Virus record (IMG/VR): IMGVR_UViG_3300020430_000017
Span: 1-60,101 of that record
Reading direction: 5' to 3' (one strand)
Source: a virus
Lineage: Duplodnaviria > Caudoviricetes
Length of the DNA: 60,101 nt
Under the pieces are notes generated by a model. The model worked only from the letters and a program-made list of their open reading frames with translations. It ran no database searches and was not told where the DNA came from. Shown piece after piece: positions 53,353-60,101 of this stretch. Each line of letters begins with the position of its first letter. The stretch's first letter is position 1. The translations under genes were made by a program, and so were the position numbers.

Positions 53353-55704
53353 TCAACTGTATAAAAAGTTTTTCCAGCTACGAACGATGGACTCGTTAGT
53401 AACCTCTTTCGGCGGCTCTTCCGTCCTGTCGTCAGTGGTCTGGACATGTTCGCCCACCACCTGATTGAATACCGCTTGCACCCTTGCTGCCAACTCGTCT
53501 TCATCATCGTTATGTTCAATCGTGATCTTCATAGCCTCGACTTGCTCTTCGCTGCTGTTGTCGGTGACCTGAAGCTCCATGTACAGCCTGATCATGGGTG
53601 ATCCACCGGTCGTGCGAAGTTCTGACACCCTTGTAATCATGTTTGGATAATGCCTGTCGTCACCCGGTGTACCCTCTTCGTTCCATGCATGCTGAGTCAG
53701 CGCCTGACGCAACGGAACGCTAAACTCTCTACTCATTAGAATCGTCTTAACATCTTCGGGCGACATGTTATCGGGATAATCTGGATATGCGTATGCTGTA
53801 GCTTCGACGCTATAGTATTCCTGATAGTCTGCTTCTTCGGTTCTAACGTCCCACTCATATGCGCTAAACTCGCCGTCGTCTACTTCTCGACCAAACGTGT
53901 TGAGTGCGCCGCCATCCATGTATCCGTCGCGCTTTGCCATGCGAGTTAGCTCGCCCTTAATGCCATCGTACATGTCGTCAATCTCATTGACCTTGATACA
54001 GGCATCTTCAAAATTATCAGCGTTGAAGGCATAGCCGCTGTCGTCGGTGATATACTCATTATCAATCTGTATAGTCAGAATGATGCCGTCGCCATCGCGG
54101 TGCAGGCGTGTGCCCCATGAACCGTCATCCATGAAGCCCCATTCCATATCGCGCAACTCATCAGCCCAATACTCGACAATGCGGCGACTATCTGGAAGCG
54201 AATTCCATTCGTCAGCTTCCCACCTAATGTGTATCTTGGCATCTATCTCAACGTAATAACCTTCACCGCCGTCGTATGTAACCTCGCCTTTGATTTCGCA
54301 GGCTTGATAGCGATAGGTCCAGTCGTCGGCAAGCTCGTTGCATCGCTCTTGTTCCGCTGCCATGGTGCTCTCAAGAAACTCCATTTCTGGCAGCGTGTCT
54401 TCTGTTTCTGTATTCTTTCCTACTCTTTCAAGCTCGATGCCTGTCAGATCTTGGATTAGTCCCTTAATATTATTATCCTCGTAAGATCCACCATACTTGA
54501 TCCAGTTATCGTCTGGTCCGACCTTGGAAATGACAGATGCTTGGCTTTCTTTCGCCCACTCAGCAACTCTCTTCTGAAAGCCGGGGATCTTGGAGCCATA
54601 CACGCGAGTTTCTGGTACAGCCAATTGGAGATCGACCATGTTAGGGGGATCACCCGAGTTAACACGCACTTGGCGCAGACGGACGCGAGAAAGCGGCACC
54701 AAATCAGTGCTAAGCCCAACGTAGCTACCACGCATGTCATCAGCAAAAATCTCGCCCTCCTGAATCTCTTGCTCTGCACTGTCTATGTTGCTAGTATTTG
54801 TAGCATGCAGCAAGTCTTCTGTATTCACCACATAGGCGACAGCGCCGTGTCCATGGGCTTCTGCGACTGCACACTTGAAATAGCCATCTGTGGACTGCTC
54901 TCGCGATGGTGGCGAATGGCATGATGTAATTCGCTGGAAATCTGACATGCGGAGAATGTCTACGGGATCGCGTGTAATTATAATACTGTATCTGTTGCTG
55001 TACAGCTTGTCCATGTTCTTCTTAATATATTCGGCATTATCCTTCCAAAAGTTTGCCATCTTCTGAGCAACCTCGTAAGTGTGCCCCGATTGCAATAGAC
55101 CGGGATTGGGAATATACAGCGACATCTGCTTAGACAGCCGCTCCCAATTCTCCAACTGTTCTGCGTTCAAGGCATCTGCAGCCTCGTTGCCAGTAACGTT
55201 GCCGGGGTGACGGAGAGTGCGATCTGCCTTTTTCTGAATAATGGCAAGTAGCTCATTCTGCCTCTGTGCGACATTTGCGATTTTCCCGAAGAGCTTGCCG
55301 ATTTTCATCTGAATCTTCTTCTTTTTCTTCTCGGGGCGTGCGCCAGTGATTGCAGCCATGATATCGTCTGTGGCAGACTTCGTTGAAACCTCTCTTTCGG
55401 CAGAAACCAAGCCCTTTTCCCAATCTACTGCGTATCCTTGGTCTTGGAGAGTTTTCGCAAACTTGCCCAAATCGCTTGTTTCGTCAAATGCTTTGAAATC
55501 GATGACGAGGCGCGTTTTGCCCTCAAACAACTCATTGAATGCCATATCCTCCGGTTCCATAGAATCGATAGCGTCTTGAATGATCTCAAATTCGTCTTCG
55601 GTGAGTTCTCGGAGCAATTTGCTCTCTGTATACATTTTTGGCTTTTTAGCCGGATTTCTGGCTTCTGTTAAAAACTTGCGCCAGCCATATTCGTCGTAAT
55701 TCAT
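53353..55704 (-). CDS. large acidic putative virion-internal protein (paralog of 16155-19754)
   Basis: N-terminus GWRKFLTEA; TRDPVDILRMSD...SCH...CAVAEA core; ACTATTTA upstream. Confidence 0.75.
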   Translation of the reverse strand: MNYDEYGWRKFLTEARNPAKKPKMYTESKLLRELTEDEFEIIQDAIDSMEPEDMAFNELFEGKTRLVIDFKAFDETSDLGKFAKTLQDQGYAVDWEKGLVSAEREVSTKSATDDIMAAITGARPEKKKKKIQMKIGKLFGKIANVAQRQNELLAIIQKKADRTLRHPGNVTGNEAADALNAEQLENWERLSKQMSLYIPNPGLLQSGHTYEVAQKMANFWKDNAEYIKKNMDKLYSNRYSIIITRDPVDILRMSDFQRITSCHSPPSREQSTDGYFKCAVAEAHGHGAVAYVVNTEDLLHATNTSNIDSAEQEIQEGEIFADDMRGSYVGLSTDLVPLSRVRLRQVRVNSGDPPNMVDLQLAVPETRVYGSKIPGFQKRVAEWAKESQASVISKVGPDDNWIKYGGSYEDNNIKGLIQDLTGIELERVGKNTETEDTLPEMEFLESTMAAEQERCNELADDWTYRYQACEIKGEVTYDGGEGYYVEIDAKIHIRWEADEWNSLPDSRRIVEYWADELRDMEWGFMDDGSWGTRLHRDGDGIILTIQIDNEYITDDSGYAFNADNFEDACIKVNEIDDMYDGIKGELTRMAKRDGYMDGGALNTFGREVDDGEFSAYEWDVRTEEADYQEYYSVEATAYAYPDYPDNMSPEDVKTILMSREFSVPLRQALTQHAWNEEGTPGDDRHYPNMITRVSELRTTGGSPMIRLYMELQVTDNSSEEQVEAMKITIEHNDDEDELAARVQAVFNQVVGEHVQTTDDRTEEPPKEVTNESIVRSWKNFLYS

Positions 55705-55805
55705 GAAATAGCCTCTGTGCTATAAATAGTTAGCAAAACCGCAAATCTGAAAATTATGGCGGCGAAAAAAATTTGCAACAACGACATTTTGAAGGGCATT
55801 TAGTT

Positions 55806-57023
55806 TCACAGGTTCAACGCCTTCATATTGCCAAAGTCTCTCCCCACTTGGACGTTAACTTTGAAGTCACCTAGTTCGTTGTGGCCAAAAAGGTTAATAA
55901 GTTCTGGAATCAGTCTTCGGTCTTCATCGGCGAGGTCGAGGATAATGGAATCGTGTAGGGTAAATGCGATTGTTGTTCTATTCTCTTTAAGGCGTTCATT
56001 GATTTCGATGAGCCGCCTAAGCACAACGTCCACACAGCTACTTTGAATAATATAAGAGAGAGCATGGTGGTGATCACTATGAATACATCGACCGAATCGT
56101 GTGTTGACATGTGTGCCGGTCCAATGCGAGCCAATAATTCTCTCTCTTCCGTACGTCTTTTCCAGTAGTTTTTCCACAGCCTCATCATTAGTACCTAGTG
56201 AGCCTGAGACGTTTTTACTGCCGTACAGCCACGCAAAGATTCTGCGCTTGGCTTGTTGGCGGTCCATGGAGCCGAAGATATTATCTATGTTCCACTGGTG
56301 AATGTCTTCTGTTGGTTGCTTGTTTCCAGCGAGCGACATGGCAACTCGTAACTCTGCCGCGTTGTAATCTAGCTCAAGGAACCAGTCATTGTTGGGCTTC
56401 AAAATAGAACGGTATTGCTTGTCCAGTGTGAGGATAGGGAACGTGCCCGGTGAGTTAGTTAGGCGTCCTGTCTTGGTGCCCCACACGTTATACTTGCAAT
56501 AGGGTGTGTACTTCTGAATCTTCTTGAGGAACTTACGTGTTGCGGTCTTGTGATACACGTCACGAATCCCATCCATAGATACGTTCAGTTTCTGATATCT
56601 GATGTCATCTAATGCCTCGACCAAGCTTCTTATAAAGTTATAGTTCGCGGGGCGTTCATGAGTCTCAAACACATGCTGAGTGATGCGGTTGCGCACCTCA
56701 CAATAGTCTAACAAAAAGCGCTCTGGCACCAAGTCGAAGAAGCAGTTCTCAGAAAGAGGCACCTTGGCAAACTGAAATGAACGGTAGTATGCGCGCAACT
56801 TGTCTCTCACAGTCTCCCATTGAATAGACAGGTGTGGTGGGCATACCTCATCCAACGACTTGCCGCCGCAGTATATCTTGGCAAATTCAACAGGAGTCTC
56901 GCGTAGGAATGTGCTGTAATCCCATGTCTGTGTCAACGTCGATGGCAAGCCATCATACAATAGTTCTCCATCGAGATATACACCAACGCAGTCTCGCTTG
57001 TCGTCCAATGTTTGAAACAGCAT
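55806..57023 (-). CDS. minimal family A DNA polymerase-like protein
   Basis: TKTGRL, LDYNAAELR (motif A), RQQAKRRIFAWLYG (B), IQS, HDS (C); 405 aa. Confidence 0.8.
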   Translation of the reverse strand: MLFQTLDDKRDCVGVYLDGELLYDGLPSTLTQTWDYSTFLRETPVEFAKIYCGGKSLDEVCPPHLSIQWETVRDKLRAYYRSFQFAKVPLSENCFFDLVPERFLLDYCEVRNRITQHVFETHERPANYNFIRSLVEALDDIRYQKLNVSMDGIRDVYHKTATRKFLKKIQKYTPYCKYNVWGTKTGRLTNSPGTFPILTLDKQYRSILKPNNDWFLELDYNAAELRVAMSLAGNKQPTEDIHQWNIDNIFGSMDRQQAKRRIFAWLYGSKNVSGSLGTNDEAVEKLLEKTYGRERIIGSHWTGTHVNTRFGRCIHSDHHHALSYIIQSSCVDVVLRRLIEINERLKENRTTIAFTLHDSIILDLADEDRRLIPELINLFGHNELGDFKVNVQVGRDFGNMKALNL

Positions 57024-57036
57024 GTGCCGTCCTTGA

Positions 57037-58884
57037 TTATGTGATGTTTAACATGAACATGCCTCTTCCGGCACGGTGTCTTTCGCGGTCTTCGTAGATA
57101 TTATACGCCTTTGAATAGTGCTCAACTGTTCTCGGCATCGGATTACCACCGGGGGTCGGCAGTCGTCTTGTTTTGCTGTTAATATAATCCATTGCTGCCT
57201 TGCCGTCAAGAGATTTCTGCAACTCTCTCAAGATTTTTACATATTTGTCGAATCGTTTCTGGCTCCAACCGATGCCAGCCTCGCGTGCGCGCACGAATAA
57301 ATAAAACTGTGCTGGGAATGCGGAGCCAAACGTTGTTACCCACACATCCCACGGTGACATGCCTGCAGTCGTGACCTGTTCAGTGCGTTGACCGGATGCA
57401 CGGTAGATGGACTTGCCGGCAAGAATAGAATACGGATCTCTCAAGTTCTTCACGCTTGGATTGGCATTGGCATCGTAAACAATTTTTTCACGCACGTATT
57501 CAATGGTAAGCGTCTGGTTGGCTGGTCCCTTTTCGTTCATTGCATAGGTGGTCACACGCTGAATCGGGAAAGCGTTTGAGAAATCGTTCCACCATGATAG
57601 GATGTAGCTCATGAGCATCTGCAAATCCGTTAGGTCAGCCCTATAGTAGCACGTCTTAAACATCACGTCAAGGTTCTTTGTCTGCGCGCTCATCGCTGCC
57701 CTGTCATACTTCTCAGCCAACTCAAGGGCTCGCTCTGTACCTATGTCCCTCATTTCTTTAGCCTTAGCGCGCAATGTCGGAATCTTTTTGTGGACCCCAA
57801 ATGGGTCGCGACCTTCGACGGCATAGTCACGAATGTAGTTGCGCATCGGTGTGGAGTTCACATCAGCAACAACACGCCATGGAATATTAAAGTCCACAGA
57901 GAACCCATATTGTCTCAGCTTAGCAACCCAAATTTCAAAGTTAGGATCATTCAACCATGTCTGTTTCTTAAGCACGTCATCATTGGGATCCTCGTCAGTC
58001 AACTCAAGCTGAAATCCACTAACGGCGCGGGGGCATTTCCTGCTGAGAATGAAGGCACTGCGAGTCAGAAAACAATCAGGTGCGTGCGTGTCAACCCAGT
58101 ATAACAGAGACTGTACAAACTGCTTGAAGTTTAATATCTTTCTGTTTCGATGTTCGATGAAGAGCCACTGTTGAAACTTCTGGAACATCTCTGCCATGTG
58201 CTCATTGTATAATGGATGCACGCTGACCCAAGCTTTTTTGAGTGGGATATTGCCCTGCTGATCGGGACGGAACACACCAGCATCAACCAGCAATGCCTTT
58301 TGGGTGTTGCCTGATGTGGTGTGGCGAGTCCAAAACCTAGACCAGTCTTTCTCAAAATGACGCCATGCTTGTGCTACAAAACTTGGTGCAAGCATGCTGT
58401 CGTCAGCGTCAGAACATGACATAAGGAACGCTTCTGACAGATAGATGGGAGTTTGATTAAGATTGACCTTTCCGTACATCGCCTTGTCGTACCAAAAGTC
58501 AATCATACCCAAAGGTGATATAAACTCGCCTTCAAGCTTGGTCTGACCAGCCGGCGCTGGCTGTACCAAGAACCTAGGGGCATTAAGCTCCCAGTCCATG
58601 CGGTTTATAAACGTAGCTTTCGTAAAATCGTCTGGTGTTGCGCCAGACCACATTGCATCCTTGTGCATCATGGGGATCCTCACGAAAGAATCAACATTAG
58701 GGTGACGCTTAGAGCGGAAAGCTATTCTTTGCATACCTCGGCGACGGCGATCATCAACCGGCTCTAATGCGCCGGGTGGTTCGACTACAAACTCAACGGA
58801 GTTATTATTGGCGCGCAGTTTCTCTTGAATAAGCCTCTTTTGCTCTTGTCCTTTTTTGAAATCTTCGTCAGAATAATCAGCCAT
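57037..58884 (-). CDS. hypothetical protein (possibly structural)
   Basis: 615 aa, AAGGAG RBS, follows the hub-like gene. Confidence 0.65.
   Translation of the reverse strand: MADYSDEDFKKGQEQKRLIQEKLRANNNSVEFVVEPPGALEPVDDRRRRGMQRIAFRSKRHPNVDSFVRIPMMHKDAMWSGATPDDFTKATFINRMDWELNAPRFLVQPAPAGQTKLEGEFISPLGMIDFWYDKAMYGKVNLNQTPIYLSEAFLMSCSDADDSMLAPSFVAQAWRHFEKDWSRFWTRHTTSGNTQKALLVDAGVFRPDQQGNIPLKKAWVSVHPLYNEHMAEMFQKFQQWLFIEHRNRKILNFKQFVQSLLYWVDTHAPDCFLTRSAFILSRKCPRAVSGFQLELTDEDPNDDVLKKQTWLNDPNFEIWVAKLRQYGFSVDFNIPWRVVADVNSTPMRNYIRDYAVEGRDPFGVHKKIPTLRAKAKEMRDIGTERALELAEKYDRAAMSAQTKNLDVMFKTCYYRADLTDLQMLMSYILSWWNDFSNAFPIQRVTTYAMNEKGPANQTLTIEYVREKIVYDANANPSVKNLRDPYSILAGKSIYRASGQRTEQVTTAGMSPWDVWVTTFGSAFPAQFYLFVRAREAGIGWSQKRFDKYVKILRELQKSLDGKAAMDYINSKTRRLPTPGGNPMPRTVEHYSKAYNIYEDRERHRAGRGMFMLNIT
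57181..57209 (-). promoter_or_regulatory. sigma70-type promoter inside a CDS, upstream of the polA-like gene
   Basis: TTGACG-N17-TATATT. Confidence 0.45.
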
Positions 58885-58896
58885 ATCTTATACTCC

Positions 58897-60099
58897 TTAC
58901 CAACTGAACCAGTCGGCGAATTCGTTAGTGCTCTCCTTGCCGCCACAGGGATCTTCCGAGTCCACATCAACACCAGCTTCGCCACGACGGAAATCGTCAT
59001 CACCCCACATGGCATCCCACACATCACTGAGCGTCATGTCTTCCCACGGATCATCCGGCACAGTCGCGTTGGCGGCGGCGACTGTTTCACAATCTGGAGC
59101 GCAATCGCTCTTCTCGGCACAGTTCTCGCTTGTCGCGGCTGCAAAAATACATTCTAGTGTTGTGTCGTACTGACCGCCTCTGCGTATCTTCGAGCGAACT
59201 TTAATAACATTATAATAGCCACCCAAACCAAGCATGTTTGCATCACTACCACAAACTGATGGATGACCTAAGCCGGGGGGCGGGTGTAGGAACACGGTCA
59301 TGCCGGGAATGTAGATGTTGTTGCCCAGCATCGTAACATCAGCATTGTACATCTCTCGAATCTGAGATATAGCCCCTGACTCGTCTTGCCGAGCCTCCTT
59401 CATTCCTTGCACATCGTTCTTTTTAAAATCAATCTTCTTAACAAGCCCTCTATCTTCACCGATTCTGTAGTGGTAGATACCGCGTGCCTCATCTAGCCCT
59501 TGCGCGCCTGTGCCGACATATGCCGTGTTCATATACAGGAAAATATAGGTAAAACCAGACAGGTCTTCACCGGCAATCGCACCTTGTGACGAAATGTAGT
59601 CGGCAATCTCTCCAATACCGGGACGCTGACCCGGCATCTCTCCGATCAAATCGGTAGGGGCAGCACCGGGAGTGGCAACCGTGAACATGGCAGTAGAAAT
59701 AACCACCTCTTGGCGAGGGGCTTGTGGAAAACAGCCGGCATTGATCGCGGGCGACACAAGCCTCGCAATAACGTCCTTCAAAAACTGCCTGACAGGGTAA
59801 GAATTGCGCTCTGCGTTGACGACGGTATCATTCCAAAACTTCATAAACATTGTATATGAAATGGGCACATCAGCCAAGTTCATCGAGATGATTTTAGGTG
59901 CCTCATCGTTATCCTTGGTCCACGCATGTCTCGGATCTTGATACTGCAGAGGACCAGTGATAAACTTCATATGCTTGACTGGGTTATCAGGGTCGATTTG
60001 GGCATCGGGAGCAAATGATTTACATGCCAACTCCATAATGTCACCAAAATAGACAAAGTAAATATCGTCATCTGAAACATCGCTTGGGTCTGCGGACTC
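58897..60099 (-). CDS. baseplate hub / tail-tip-like protein, 5' end outside the window
   Basis: YNADVTMLGN..YIPGMTVF...GYYNVIKV...YDTTLEC hub-like C-terminus; frame open to the edge. Confidence 0.55.
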   Translation of the reverse strand, partial: ESADPSDVSDDDIYFVYFGDIMELACKSFAPDAQIDPDNPVKHMKFITGPLQYQDPRHAWTKDNDEAPKIISMNLADVPISYTMFMKFWNDTVVNAERNSYPVRQFLKDVIARLVSPAINAGCFPQAPRQEVVISTAMFTVATPGAAPTDLIGEMPGQRPGIGEIADYISSQGAIAGEDLSGFTYIFLYMNTAYVGTGAQGLDEARGIYHYRIGEDRGLVKKIDFKKNDVQGMKEARQDESGAISQIREMYNADVTMLGNNIYIPGMTVFLHPPPGLGHPSVCGSDANMLGLGGYYNVIKVRSKIRRGGQYDTTLECIFAAATSENCAEKSDCAPDCETVAAANATVPDDPWEDMTLSDVWDAMWGDDDFRRGEAGVDVDSEDPCGGKESTNEFADWFSW

Positions 60100-60101
60100 T
60101 G

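Noticed and set aside
14359-55775. GAAAATT...GGCGAA(AAATTT)-like segments at about 14359, 21610 and 55749
   Set aside because: Only three loose matches, one inside a CDS; cannot be distinguished from chance by eye.
86-59173. Plus-strand ORFs in the track (e.g. 925-1794, 15408-16103, 24520-25194)
   Set aside because: They are antisense shadows of well-supported minus-strand genes, with no motifs recognised.
1-60101. Alternative genetic code (stop-codon recoding)
   Set aside because: Known genes are full length in the standard code, and TAA, TAG and TGA all end genes.

Overview
This window is a 60 kb segment of a large lytic dsDNA tailed phage (jumbo/T4-like gene content, standard genetic code). 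Essentially every credible gene is on the minus strand, and the plus-strand ORFs are antisense shadows. Left part (1-15 kb): accessory region of small genes with a MoxR AAA ATPase and vWA partner, about 15 small SH3/KOW-like paralogs, two tandem-CCHC zinc-knuckle proteins, and a Dam-family methylase next to a MunI-like endonuclease. Most cassettes there are headed by a repeated ECF-sigma-like promoter (TGAATA-N15/16-CGTCTAA) and a GA-repeat leader. Middle and right: GroEL/GroES, two ClpP, amidase endolysin, IMPDH/GMPR, dUTPase, DnaE, class II RNR, DnaB-like helicase, 5'-3' exonuclease, UvsE, tRNA-Leu(TAA), RecA, gp32-like SSB, a divergent tubulin/FtsZ-like protein, a minimal family A polymerase, and a partial baseplate-hub-like gene at the right edge. 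Three promoter classes are visible: ECF-like (10 copies), sigma70-like (replication and chaperone genes) and an ACTANTTA motif, often 4-6 nt before the ATG. The ACTANTTA motif marks genes whose products mostly share a W-x-x-F-L-x-E-like N-terminus resembling a capsid-targeting/prohead-protease signal. The most striking unexplained feature is a structured RNA hairpin at 490-558 whose apical (CU)n loop is complementary to the (GA)n ribosome-binding leaders of the ECF-class genes, a candidate phage anti-RBS small RNA. All protein calls are by-eye motif recognition; no searches were run.
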